The position numbers were made by a program, and so were the translations under genes. The notes beneath the pieces are model-generated. The model was given only the letters and a program-made list of their open reading frames with translations. It had not been told where the DNA came from and made no database searches. A stretch of DNA of 58,963 nucleotides, counting the filler. It is 7 parts of 7 records of this genome, joined end to end, with 100 filler letters (N's around TTAATTAATTAA, not from the genome) between each part and the next. Parts side by side here need not be neighbours in the genome. Positions count along the whole stretch, not along the records: positions 1 to 6,099 come from SRR31156797_21210; positions 6,200 to 16,824 come from SRR31156797_21214; 5 more parts are not named here. One strand, written 5' to 3'. Below are positions 1 through 9,566 of this stretch, piece by piece. Each line of letters begins with the position of its first letter. The stretch's first letter is position 1.

Positions 1-95
1 AATTTGTCGGTGAGAGCCGATTTCATATAGAAACATAGCCGGTTTTGTCGAACAAAGCCCAATGATCCAGGACTATTTTTCTCCAATCCATAAAC

Positions 96-2153
96 CTATA
101 AGCGCCAAATCAAGTTGACACCGATTTCTCTGGGACGCGAATAGATAGTGTAGTAACCACTGTAGTAACCGTCTGAATCATACTCTTTATCAAAAAGATT
201 TTTAGCATAGAGGTAAAAATCAAAATGCTCTGTTTCATATCCAATTTTGGTGTTAATAAGCTGATAGGCATCCCGTGAGAACTGGTTGGCTTTGTCAAAG
301 TACATTTTGCCATAACCGTTAAGATCTATTCTGGCATAATAGCCATCCTGATGTCGATATTGAGCCCCAATATTATAATTATATTTTGGAGCGTAAGGGT
401 TGGTATTGCCCTTGTAGTCACCATCATCATCACTGAAACTGTCAAATGTCGTGTCATTATATCCATAAGAAGCAAAGAGACTCAGGGGTTGGCTAACATT
501 ATACCTAATTTCTACTTCCACCCCTTTAGAAGTGGCCTTGGCAGCATTGGAGCGATATGACTGAACCGAATCTACGGCAGTGTTCACCTGCATGTCATCA
601 ATATCCATATAGTAAAGAGCGGTGTTAAAGATTATCCGGCCATCAAAAAAAGAGGTTTTACTGCCAACTTCATAGGACCAGAGCGTTTCCTCTTCATATG
701 CCAAAGGAGAGCCTTCAGGGGCCAGAGAATTAAAACCACCTGACTGATAGCCTTTGGTAACGCTTCCGTAAAACATAGCTGCGGGGTTTATCCGATACCG
801 AAGGGATAGTTTAGGGGAAAATTCACTGAAGTCTTCCTCCAAATTAACCCCAAGATCATCATCGACAAAACTTTTTTCTTCAAGATCATAGCGAAGACCT
901 GAAATAAGGGATAAAGAATCTGTCAAGGCCCAAGTGGTATGAACATAAGCTCCGACAGACTCGCCATCAAAATCTCGATCGACAAACCTTGTACTGCTAC
1001 TTGCGGAGATCTTGGTTTTGAAATTATTTCTGTCACCATCTCCATAGATTCCCGCAAGCCAGGAGAAACGAGCTCCGGCACTGCTAATGCGAAATTCTTG
1101 AGAAAATTTCTTATACTCACTATCGTTGTTTGAATGGGACCCCACAGCCGGCGAGAAATCCCAATCTCCACCCGCGTCAAACCTAAAGGTTCTGGCGGTG
1201 GTGATGGACTCAAATTTATAGTTTGAAAATTCATAATCCATTTTTAATGCCCCCATGGTGGAGCTCGAATGATTGTATCCTTGAAAACCGGACGAAACCT
1301 CTCGGCCTTCTATACTGGACCCAAGGCCCATATTTGAATCGCCATCGTCATATTTAAGATAGGAAACAATAGCCGAAATGGAAAAATCGTCGCTGGGAGT
1401 TGAGCGAAGGTGGATTTTACCATAGTTGTGCTCCCTGTCATCACTATTTCCACCGAGAAATGAGTTGTGAATATAACCGTCCTTTTCATAGTGCAGCCCT
1501 GAAATACCGATAAATAGTTTGTCCTTAATGATCGGGCCACTGGTGCTGAAATGATATTGTCGTTTGCTATCCTCCCCACACTCGAGCCCGATCCCAGCTG
1601 TCACATCATTGCTTGGGGTCCGAGTGATCACGTTGATAACACCAGCTTCTGCATTTTTCCCATAGAGCGTTCCCTGTGGACCTTTCAACACCTCCACCCG
1701 CTCTACATCCAATAAAATTTCGTCAAAACCTATCCCAGTGAGGACAGGAATGCCATCCACATAGAGTCCCATTGTGCTATTATTGCTATCAATATCAGTC
1801 GAAAGCCCCCGAACAGAGGGAGGAGTCTGGCCTGATATTCCATTATCAAAGATCATAAGGTTAGGAACAAAAGGAGCGATATCTGAAATGGAGTCTACTT
1901 GAAGATCCTCCAGGTCAGCTGCGTCAAACACGGAAAGACTGATGGGAACATCTTGAAGATCCTCCTCTTTTTTCTGAGCAGTGACGGTGATCGTTTCGAT
2001 TTTAGAGTCCTCCATACTTTCCTGCTTTTGATTGATCGTTTCCGCCTGAAGTGATGTCAAAAATGTCAGTGACAAAATCAAAACAACTGCCGGAACCGCA
2101 ATTTTTGTTGCAAGACTTGCTCTTGCCAAGAATACAGCTACATTCTTCTTCAT
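96..2153 (-). CDS. TonB-dependent outer-membrane receptor (FyuA/pesticin-receptor-like)
   Basis: Signal peptide, TonB-box-like ETITVTAQK, plug motif ERVEVLKGPQGTLYG, beta-barrel C-terminus. Start moved from 2243 to ATG 2153 (MKKNVAV), which has an AAGGA RBS; the longer ORF start runs into the promoter repeat. Confidence 0.93.
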   Translation of the reverse strand: MKKNVAVFLARASLATKIAVPAVVLILSLTFLTSLQAETINQKQESMEDSKIETITVTAQKKEEDLQDVPISLSVFDAADLEDLQVDSISDIAPFVPNLMIFDNGISGQTPPSVRGLSTDIDSNNSTMGLYVDGIPVLTGIGFDEILLDVERVEVLKGPQGTLYGKNAEAGVINVITRTPSNDVTAGIGLECGEDSKRQYHFSTSGPIIKDKLFIGISGLHYEKDGYIHNSFLGGNSDDREHNYGKIHLRSTPSDDFSISAIVSYLKYDDGDSNMGLGSSIEGREVSSGFQGYNHSSSTMGALKMDYEFSNYKFESITTARTFRFDAGGDWDFSPAVGSHSNNDSEYKKFSQEFRISSAGARFSWLAGIYGDGDRNNFKTKISASSSTRFVDRDFDGESVGAYVHTTWALTDSLSLISGLRYDLEEKSFVDDDLGVNLEEDFSEFSPKLSLRYRINPAAMFYGSVTKGYQSGGFNSLAPEGSPLAYEEETLWSYEVGSKTSFFDGRIIFNTALYYMDIDDMQVNTAVDSVQSYRSNAAKATSKGVEVEIRYNVSQPLSLFASYGYNDTTFDSFSDDDGDYKGNTNPYAPKYNYNIGAQYRHQDGYYARIDLNGYGKMYFDKANQFSRDAYQLINTKIGYETEHFDFYLYAKNLFDKEYDSDGYYSGYYTIYSRPREIGVNLIWRL

Positions 2154-2214
2154 GGTTTTTCCTTTTCCAAAGCCTTTGGTAATATTCGTTATACAAATCA
2201 AAGTTACCTCTTCA

Positions 2215-2304
2215 TAACTATTATTATATATCAAGAAAAACAACCACTATGAGATATCGCAAACGGATTTCTATTTGCCTTAAACGGATTCACCACGGAT
2301 GATA
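2215..2304 (-). promoter_or_regulatory. Promoter module copy 1 with tandem AAACGGATT half-sites (putative AraC-family binding site) upstream of the receptor
   Basis: 73/90 ungapped identity to 4734-4823 by manual alignment. AAACGGATT at 2261 and 2282 (21-bp spacing). TATAAT on the minus strand at 2223-2228. Confidence 0.75.
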
Positions 2305-2379
2305 GGGCAAGATGTGCTCAAAATTTTCATTAGTGCGAATAGTGCTTTTATCACCAGCGAAAGTAGCAATTTCGTTGAT
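2290..2379 (-). pseudogene. Decayed 3' remnant of an AraC-family gene
   Basis: Translates INEIATFAGDKSTIRTN...KF*AHLA..YHPW*, versus VKEIAYAVGYKSTSRFS...KFGARPTRYHP* in the intact AraC (4812-4913). Contains a deletion, an in-frame stop and a frameshift. Confidence 0.75.
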
Positions 2380-2405
2380 AACGTAGTCTAAAAACATAAA
2401 GGCCC

Positions 2406-3683
2406 TTAATTGAACCCCAAATAGCGATGCATTATTTTGCTGCCTGCAAAAAGGGTCAGGAAAGAGAAAAAAAATAGACCTCTAAAAAAAGCGGGATATC
2501 CAGTAGAGTCACACACAAAACCGGCAAGGGGAAGTACGCCCAAAAGAATTACATGATTCATACTGCACAATACCGCATAATTAGTGGCCGACTGCCTCCC
2601 TACGCTCAAATTCATCATCATATTATAAATAAGTACCATCATAGCGCCTTCCAAAAATTTGGCTCCTGCCAACATTATTCCTGCCCCCCAATTAAGATCG
2701 AACAATTCTTTAGGGATCACGGATGAAACACAGTGCAACCCGGCAATTAGAATACAACTCAGAATGAAACCGTACCGATTGCCCTTTTTACTTAATATCC
2801 ATCCCCAGACCAAAGAGCCCAGCACGGACACTGGAAAGCCTGCCCATAAGAGCAATTCGCCTAAATTACCAATATTGATCCCTTGATCTGTCAGCATAGT
2901 GTAACGTAATTGGTTTCCCCCGTTTTTAGATATGCCCAGTAAGAGCAAAAAAAATAAGAACCAGCGTGTCCGGGGCAATCGCAAAATGGCCTTCGCACTG
3001 GGCGCAAAATTGAGTATTTTTTTATTTGATTCAGTTTTGTTTATTATAGGCATCTCCTTGTGTATTAAAATGGGGAAAAAAAGAATCAAGTATAAACCTG
3101 TCAGTAAAAACAAAGTCAACGTCCAACCGTAAGCCTGGTAAAGAATTAAAAACACCCCCGCCCCCAGCATATGGCCGGTAACATAGCCAACGCTTTGGGC
3201 TGTATTTCCCATGGACATCTCTTTGGGATGCAAAATATCGGTGGCATAGCCATCAACGGCGATGTCAGTAGTTGCAATGATCAGGTTTAAAATAAATATA
3301 ACCGCCAAAATCATAGGTAACTGTGTTTGAGTATTCATAATCCCTAAAAGAGGAATCAGAAACACAGTCAGTCCGGATAAGGGTGCAATCCAACTCTTAC
3401 GCCTACCCCAGTAAGGATGATAGTGGCTATCAACTCGGGAGGCCCATAAAAATTTTAGCGCCCAAGGACTAAAGACCAAGGCACTAAAGCCTATTTTTGA
3501 CAAACTTAATCCCTGTTCGCGCAATAACAAGGGAAGCAATACCCAAGTGAATCCCAATGAGATATTCTGCATGAGATACATAATGAAGAGCAGTCCCAGT
3601 TTTTGGCATAGAGGTGTTTGGTCTGAACGATTATTAAACACGATAAACAGCCCTTTTGATGATGCAAAATAATTACCTGGCAA
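2406..3683 (-). CDS. MFS transporter, AmpG/RhtX/FptX-like (probable siderophore permease)
   Basis: About 12 hydrophobic segments; PWALKFLW, GRRKSW and TDIAVDGYA motifs typical of the AmpG-like family. Exact start uncertain. Confidence 0.85.
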   Translation of the reverse strand: MPGNYFASSKGLFIVFNNRSDQTPLCQKLGLLFIMYLMQNISLGFTWVLLPLLLREQGLSLSKIGFSALVFSPWALKFLWASRVDSHYHPYWGRRKSWIAPLSGLTVFLIPLLGIMNTQTQLPMILAVIFILNLIIATTDIAVDGYATDILHPKEMSMGNTAQSVGYVTGHMLGAGVFLILYQAYGWTLTLFLLTGLYLILFFPILIHKEMPIINKTESNKKILNFAPSAKAILRLPRTRWFLFFLLLLGISKNGGNQLRYTMLTDQGINIGNLGELLLWAGFPVSVLGSLVWGWILSKKGNRYGFILSCILIAGLHCVSSVIPKELFDLNWGAGIMLAGAKFLEGAMMVLIYNMMMNLSVGRQSATNYAVLCSMNHVILLGVLPLAGFVCDSTGYPAFFRGLFFFSFLTLFAGSKIMHRYLGFN

Positions 3684-4715
3684 CTATTTGAAAGCCACAT
3701 CTAAATCCATGGGACCGCAGGAAGTTTGCAGGGTGCGAGAACGTACCTGTTTAAATCCGGCCTTTTGCATAGCCAGAGCAATTTCGCCCTGATGAAATGA
3801 ACTCATCTGGCCTTGCAGGGTACCTACCAGTGCCCCCAAGATCATCTCCTTGGGTTGAGTTCCTTGACAGGTCAGCCCATCTTGAAGGCAAACAAAAATT
3901 GCACCGGGCTTCAGAGCTTGTTTTATTTTTTTTAATATGGGGGCCAGGTCGTCGTGGTAGAAATTCAGTGTGGCACTGGCCCAAATTAGATCATACTCTT
4001 TTCCTATATCATCCGTGGCATAATCCGCGCCTATCGTTTTGACCTGATCGGACATTTTATAAAGGTCTATATATTGCTGAGCCACTTTAACCACGGCGGG
4101 CCTATCCAGAACGATAGCTTCCAATCCGGGGTTTGCCTCCGCCAGCGCCATGGCCACTAAACCCGGCCCTCCGCCTAAATCCAGCATCTTGCCCATTGAA
4201 TTGAAACCCGGCAGGGAGGATAATTGCTCAACCGCCAATTGGGCCAAGCCTGCCCTGGCATATTGGGCATTAACATTGGCCATCTCAGCCCAAAGCTCTT
4301 CTTTGCCGAATTGGTCATTACCTTTGGGTTTGTAACTCTGCTTGAGCATTTTCTCAGCAAATGCCAATGGCGCGACCTGCCTTTCCCACAATACCTGTAG
4401 AAGATCCCCTATATAAGCGCTGCCACTTGAAGCCAAATGATTTTTGCTCAGGGTGGTATTGAAATAAAATTTTTCTTTCTTGCAAGCATAGCCACAGGAT
4501 ACCAACGCATTCAACAAGGTCCGGCAATTATGTGGTGAAGAATCTATTGCTTGAGCCAATTCAGTTGCAGTTACGGGCCGCTCCAATTGATCAAAAATTT
4601 TCATTTTTAAAGAAAGCATCAAAAGGTGCCCCTGAATTGCCGTACAAACTAACTCGTTAAGCTCTTTGAAATCTGTATCAAAATCAGGCAGAAAAGACAT
4701 TTGTTTTACCCCCAT
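3684..4715 (-). CDS. SAM-dependent methyltransferase (O-methyltransferase-like, N-terminal dimerisation domain)
   Basis: LDLGGGPG SAM-binding motif, LDRPAV and YDLIWAS motifs. Start could be 4700. Confidence 0.88.
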   Translation of the reverse strand: MGVKQMSFLPDFDTDFKELNELVCTAIQGHLLMLSLKMKIFDQLERPVTATELAQAIDSSPHNCRTLLNALVSCGYACKKEKFYFNTTLSKNHLASSGSAYIGDLLQVLWERQVAPLAFAEKMLKQSYKPKGNDQFGKEELWAEMANVNAQYARAGLAQLAVEQLSSLPGFNSMGKMLDLGGGPGLVAMALAEANPGLEAIVLDRPAVVKVAQQYIDLYKMSDQVKTIGADYATDDIGKEYDLIWASATLNFYHDDLAPILKKIKQALKPGAIFVCLQDGLTCQGTQPKEMILGALVGTLQGQMSSFHQGEIALAMQKAGFKQVRSRTLQTSCGPMDLDVAFK

Positions 4716-4733
4716 GTGTTTGTATTTAGCTAC

Positions 4734-4823
4734 TAACTATTATCTTTTATCAAAGACCACAACTCCCATGAGATATCGTAAACGGATTTTTATTTGCCTG
4801 AAACGGATTGCTCAAGGATGATA
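4734..4823 (-). promoter_or_regulatory. Promoter module copy 2 (tandem AAACGGATT half-sites) upstream of the methyltransferase
   Basis: Ungapped homolog of 2215-2304; its last 12 nt overlap the araC stop region. Confidence 0.75.
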
Positions 4824-5681
4824 CCGGGTGGGACGTGCCCCGAATTTTCTTTTAAAAGCGTCACTAAAGCGGCTTGTGCTTTTGTAACCAACGGCATAAG
4901 CAATTTCCTTAACGCTTTTTTTACCCTCTTTTATATGCTGGCGGGCTTGCTCCATGCGGTAATCATAAAGGCATCCAAACACAGTGTTGCCAAAAACCCT
5001 TAGAAAACCTTTTTTCAATTTAAACTCATTTAGCCCTACTTTGCGGGATAATTCTCCAAGAGAAGGAGGACTCCGATAACAATCAAGGATAATTTTTCTT
5101 GCCTCATAAATTCGATCAGTCTCAAACTTCTGGGATGGGTTGGTGGCCCCCCCAGAATCATGGGTAAATATTAGAGCATCCATCTGCAGAGCGACGAGTT
5201 CTAAAACTTTGCTCTCAAGGTATATTTTACGGGTGATTCCTTGAAAAGGGCAACCAAGCATTTGGACAATAGCCATTTTTGCAGCATATGAAATTGTTGT
5301 TTTATCATAGTAATGGTCTGTTTTTTGATTCAGAACAGGATAAAATTTTGAATTTATTTTTTCCTGTGCACCGGTCATTAGTTCATCAAATAAAAAAGGC
5401 TCGATCATTATATGAATAAGCTGCAATCGATTTTGGGCACAGAATTCCCCAGCCCCGGAAATTTTTTGGAAATAAGAGATACCGCAATCCCCCTTCCTTC
5501 CATTAAAGAGCATCTTTTTGCCTGCATCCGTTTTGACCAAACTTTTACCCATACCTGAAAAAAAGAAATCAAAAGTAATCAAACTCGTATAATGGTCAAA
5601 GCGAAAGGTCAAATTGTTTGCCAGGCTGGTGTCAATAGTATGAAGGGTCAGTCCTGGTTTAAGTTTTATTTCCTGTATCAT
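4812..5681 (-). CDS. AraC-family transcriptional regulator (PchR/YbtA-like)
   Basis: C-terminal double HTH: PPSLGELSRKVGLNEFKLKKGF...SVKEIAYAVGYKSTSRFSDAFKRKFG; YLESKVLEL motif typical of PchR-like proteins. Confidence 0.93.
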   Translation of the reverse strand: MIQEIKLKPGLTLHTIDTSLANNLTFRFDHYTSLITFDFFFSGMGKSLVKTDAGKKMLFNGRKGDCGISYFQKISGAGEFCAQNRLQLIHIMIEPFLFDELMTGAQEKINSKFYPVLNQKTDHYYDKTTISYAAKMAIVQMLGCPFQGITRKIYLESKVLELVALQMDALIFTHDSGGATNPSQKFETDRIYEARKIILDCYRSPPSLGELSRKVGLNEFKLKKGFLRVFGNTVFGCLYDYRMEQARQHIKEGKKSVKEIAYAVGYKSTSRFSDAFKRKFGARPTRYHP

Positions 5682-5759
5682 GAATAGTTAGCCTATTGTT
5701 ATTTCCTAAATCTCACTATGAAGCATCTATATGGCTTTGTTGCTTAATTCATAGCTTTT

Positions 5760-5783
5760 GATAAGATAAAAATCATTTCTTAA
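5760..5783. promoter_or_regulatory. Possible Fur box upstream of the AraC gene
   Basis: GATAAGATAAAAATCATTTCTT partly matches the GATAATGATAATCATTATC consensus; iron-uptake context, but the region is AT-rich. Confidence 0.3.
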
Positions 5784-6099
5784 TTCTGACAAATTAAATT
5801 AGACACATCTAACATGAGGTGCGTTTCATCGTCAAGGTTTCTTATTTTACTGTCAATATTTGAGTGTTAGGCATTTCAGTTTCGAGAAAGGGACAAGCAC
5901 AAAAGCCTTGTGTGGGGGATCAACTCTGTAGACTACATCAAAAATAAAATTCCATCAATAATGGGTTCGGAAGCCCAGGCTATTATTACCATTCAACATC
6001 CAGAAACCACTTATTTTTACGGATTTTTTATTTAAGTAATGAGCGACACATGTGTCTATTATCGGTCACTTTTTTTATAATTCTCCGACCACAATATAT

Positions 6100-6199
6100 N
6101 NNNNNNNNNNNNNNNNNNNNNNNNNNNNNNNNNNNNNNNNNNNTTAATTAATTAANNNNNNNNNNNNNNNNNNNNNNNNNNNNNNNNNNNNNNNNNNNN
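6100..6199. other. Artificial contig linker
   Basis: N-run with central TTAATTAATTAA (stops in all six frames), 100 nt. Confidence 0.99.
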
Positions 6200-6390
6200 A
6201 AGATTCGTTCCATTAGAAAATCCGTTGCAGAAAACCTAAGATGGGTGCCGAAATGGATTGGAAGGCAAATTACAACCCCGATATCTTGAAACAAGGTGCG
6301 GGGTTTTTCTGTTTGTGCTGTGATATGTCAAAGTGGGAAAATTCTGTTTTGTAGCACTTTAGTGAACCGGCCGGACGGCCTTGGATGCAC

Positions 6391-6438
6391 GTCCCGTTTC
6401 CCTCCTCACTGTGCGTAAGGGGCTCTTATACGGCGTTC
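6391..6438 (-). mobile_element. Degenerate group II intron domain V-like remnant
   Basis: Minus strand reads GAACGCCGTA-TAAG-AGCCC-CTTA-CG-CACAGTG: CGC triad, paired upper stem, CG bulge, partly paired lower stem. No RT gene present. Confidence 0.4.
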
Positions 6439-6543
6439 GTCTGATCAGGCAGGCCAATCGAGGAACGAAAATCCGCGTGAATTGAAATAGGTATCCGGCA
6501 AAAAAAGGGGGGCATACGTTTGACTGTTCTATGCGACAAGATA

Positions 6544-6586
6544 GGTCAAACGTAGATTTGACCCCTTGTACCCCTTGTACTTGTAC
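6544..6586. repeat. REP-like palindrome GGTCAAA-N6-TTTGACC followed by ACCCCTTGT tandem copies
   Basis: Inverted repeat and short tandem duplication visible in the intergenic DNA. Confidence 0.45.
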
Positions 6587-6800
6587 TGTCATGACAAGAC
6601 CCTAGGCCGTCCCTTTTGCATAAAAGCATGGGTTCTTCGGCATAATTATTGCGTTTATGAACAACACTTCATTTTGGATATTGATTGGACTGAATCTGTC
6701 CCTTCAATAACTTGTTAGGTTACTACTCGCCTTTGTTTCGGCATCCTTAAATCAATTCATAATTTCTGTGCTCTTATGAAAAAACAGGGGAAACTGTAAA

Positions 6801-9551
6801 ATGAGCAAAACTGAAACTCAAACTCGCTCCGAGCTTATTAATATGCAACTTGCTCGATCAGGTTGGTTTGGTTCCAGATTTTCTATCATAGAAGAAGCCC
6901 CTCTGTCAGTCGCCGAGGATAGTCCCCCCTATGGATATATACCTGCAAACAAAAAAGCAGAACGATTGGGTTTTGCTGATTATCTTCTTCTTGGTACAGA
7001 CGGAAAACCTCTTGCTGTCGTTGAAGCGAAGCGTACATCACGAGATCCGCTTGCAGGAAAGCGTCAAGCTGACGACTATGCAGATGCAATTACAGTTGAA
7101 TATGGACAGGCCCCCTTTATATTTTTAACCAATGGCAATGAAATACAATTCTGGGACAGAGAACGCTATGCACCAAGAAAGGTGGCCGGATTTTATACGC
7201 GTGATGATCTGGAACGATTAAACCATCAAAAGAAATATGCCCGGCCATTAAATGAAATACCGATTGCGTCAACTATAGCGGGTCGTGTTTATCAAAACGA
7301 GGCTATCCGAAGAGTTACAGAGGGAATTGATGCTGCAAAACGTAAATTTCTTCTGGTTATGGCTACCGGAACGGGTAAAACCCGAACGACCATTGCTTTA
7401 TCGGATGTGTTGCTTCGTGCCAAACGCGTTCAACGCATTTTGTTTCTCGCAGACCGCCGGGAATTAGTTCGACAGGCAATGTCGGAATTTAAAGCACACT
7501 TACCCCACGAGAGCCTTGCCCGTATCGAAGGCGGCCAAACATCCGGAGCACGCATCCAGTTTTCCACATATCCAAGCATGATGCAGGTATATCAACAGCT
7601 TTCCGTGGGTTATTACGACTTGATTGTTGCGGATGAAAGTCACCGTTCAATCTACCAGCGGTACAAAGCACTTTTTGACCACTTTGATGCAATACAGCTT
7701 GGTTTAACGGCTACTCCAACGGACTACATAGATCACAATACATTTGAGCTGTTTGACTGTGGTGACAATACGCCCAGCTATTATTACAGCTATGAACAGG
7801 CTATAAAAGATAAGAATCTTGTGAATTATCGGGTTCTCGACGCGCAGACCAATTTTCAATTAAAAGGGATTCAAGGCGATTCATTACCGGAACCTTTAAA
7901 ACAAATGGTTCTGGATCAAGGGGTGGAGCTGGATGAACTCAACTTTGACGGTTCCGAGATTGAAAAAAGCTTTATCAACAAAGGCACAAATGATGCCATG
8001 GCACTGGAATTCATGGATAAAAGCCGCAAAGATGCCCGTGGCTTGCCCCATAAATCAATTGTATTTGCAGTCAGTCACGCCCATGCAAAACGGTTGTATG
8101 AAAGTTTCAACCGGCTTTATCCGGAACTGCAACGGCAGGGGATGGCGGAAATCATCGACAGCCATATGGAAAGAGCCGATTCAACCCTGAATGACTTTAA
8201 ATATAAAAGCATGCCGCGCGTCGCCATTTCGGTTGACATGTTAGATACCGGCATCGATGTCCCCGCTATCCAGAATCTCGTTTTTGCCAAACCTGTATTC
8301 AGCAGGGTCAAATTCTGGCAAATGATAGGCCGCGGCACACGGTTACACACAGAGAAGGCAACGGGTGAAGTAAAAAAAGATTTCCTGATTATCGATCATT
8401 GGAAGAACTTTGCCTACTTTAAACTAAATCCGGATGGTGAAATAGATCACCCCAGCGAACCGCTGCCCGTGCGTTTATTCCGGCTGCGTCTTGAAAAATG
8501 GCAACTCATGCAGGCACAGCAGCTGGACACACAATCTGTAATCGATGAATTAAGATCCATGCTAAAAGCGTTGCCCCGTCAAAGTATCAACGTTAGGCCC
8601 CATTGGGATGAATTGGATGCATTGATCAACAAATGGCCGGCCCCGGACCAGGCCATCCTGGAACATCTCACTATGACCATTGCACCTTTAATGCGGTTAT
8701 CCATTTCGGCAGGGTTGGATGAACTCCAGTTTCATGTCTGGTGCGAGCGTTTTGCAATTGCATGGTTAAAAGGCGATACAAGTGATCAGGATAATATAAA
8801 AGAGCGCATCCAGGCAGCGGTTGCCGGTTTGGCCGAAAATATTCCGGATGTGAAAGATGCGGCTGAAGAGCGGGCATGGATATCTTCCGCTGAGTTCTGG
8901 CAACATATTGACCTGCCACGTTTAAAATCAATTCAAACGACGTTTGCCCCCCTTATGCGCTATCGAACCACCACACCTGGGAATACCATCGAGGTCAATC
9001 TGCCCGACAGCATTACCCGGAGAAGTTGGATTATCTATGGCCCCACCGGTGAAGGGGCATTTGCCGAAAGCTATCGCAAGCAGGTTGAGGCTCTGGTCCA
9101 TCGGCTTGCTGACCAGATCCCCGAGCTTGACAAGTTGAAACAAGGCCATTCTCTAACTGAAGAGGAATTGGAGAATATCAGTCAAACCCTGAATCAGGCG
9201 GATCTGTTTATCACCGAGACGACACTGCGCAAAGCCTTTGAGGTACCCTCCGCATCATTGGCTGATTGTTTGCGCCACATTCTTTGTGAAGACGTGCATC
9301 TTCCAAACAGAGAAGAAAGAATAAATGATGCGTTTGATACGTTCATATCCGATCATGGGTATTTGCGTGCAAACCAATTGAATTTTCTACGTGCCGTGAA
9401 GGCCGCCGTCATCAGTCATGGCCGCATCACACGAAACACACTCAGTGAGCCCCCGCTTTCCCGGGTAGGTCGAATTGAAATCCTCTTTCCTGAACAGGAT
9501 ATTGATGAACTGATTTATTTTGCCAACCAACTTTTAGAAGAAGTTGCATAA
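6801..9551 (+). CDS. hsdR: Type I restriction enzyme R subunit (EcoEI-like)
   Basis: Nuclease motif ADY...VEAKR, Walker A MATGTGKT, DESH box, QMIGRGTR helicase motif VI, EcoEI-type C-terminus. Confidence 0.95.
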   Translation: MSKTETQTRSELINMQLARSGWFGSRFSIIEEAPLSVAEDSPPYGYIPANKKAERLGFADYLLLGTDGKPLAVVEAKRTSRDPLAGKRQADDYADAITVEYGQAPFIFLTNGNEIQFWDRERYAPRKVAGFYTRDDLERLNHQKKYARPLNEIPIASTIAGRVYQNEAIRRVTEGIDAAKRKFLLVMATGTGKTRTTIALSDVLLRAKRVQRILFLADRRELVRQAMSEFKAHLPHESLARIEGGQTSGARIQFSTYPSMMQVYQQLSVGYYDLIVADESHRSIYQRYKALFDHFDAIQLGLTATPTDYIDHNTFELFDCGDNTPSYYYSYEQAIKDKNLVNYRVLDAQTNFQLKGIQGDSLPEPLKQMVLDQGVELDELNFDGSEIEKSFINKGTNDAMALEFMDKSRKDARGLPHKSIVFAVSHAHAKRLYESFNRLYPELQRQGMAEIIDSHMERADSTLNDFKYKSMPRVAISVDMLDTGIDVPAIQNLVFAKPVFSRVKFWQMIGRGTRLHTEKATGEVKKDFLIIDHWKNFAYFKLNPDGEIDHPSEPLPVRLFRLRLEKWQLMQAQQLDTQSVIDELRSMLKALPRQSINVRPHWDELDALINKWPAPDQAILEHLTMTIAPLMRLSISAGLDELQFHVWCERFAIAWLKGDTSDQDNIKERIQAAVAGLAENIPDVKDAAEERAWISSAEFWQHIDLPRLKSIQTTFAPLMRYRTTTPGNTIEVNLPDSITRRSWIIYGPTGEGAFAESYRKQVEALVHRLADQIPELDKLKQGHSLTEEELENISQTLNQADLFITETTLRKAFEVPSASLADCLRHILCEDVHLPNREERINDAFDTFISDHGYLRANQLNFLRAVKAAVISHGRITRNTLSEPPLSRVGRIEILFPEQDIDELIYFANQLLEEVA

Positions 9552-9566
9552 TAAAGGACCCAATAC

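Noticed and set aside
2154-2243. N-terminal 30 aa of the 715-aa receptor ORF
   Set aside because: Overlaps the promoter repeat; the RBS and signal peptide point to ATG 2153.
6144-6155. TTAATTAATTAA motif recurring six times
   Set aside because: Artificial all-frame stop linker inside N-runs.
6359-6592. 77-aa minus-strand ORF upstream of hsdR
   Set aside because: Runs through palindromic and tandem repeats and the intron-like relic; no protein motifs.
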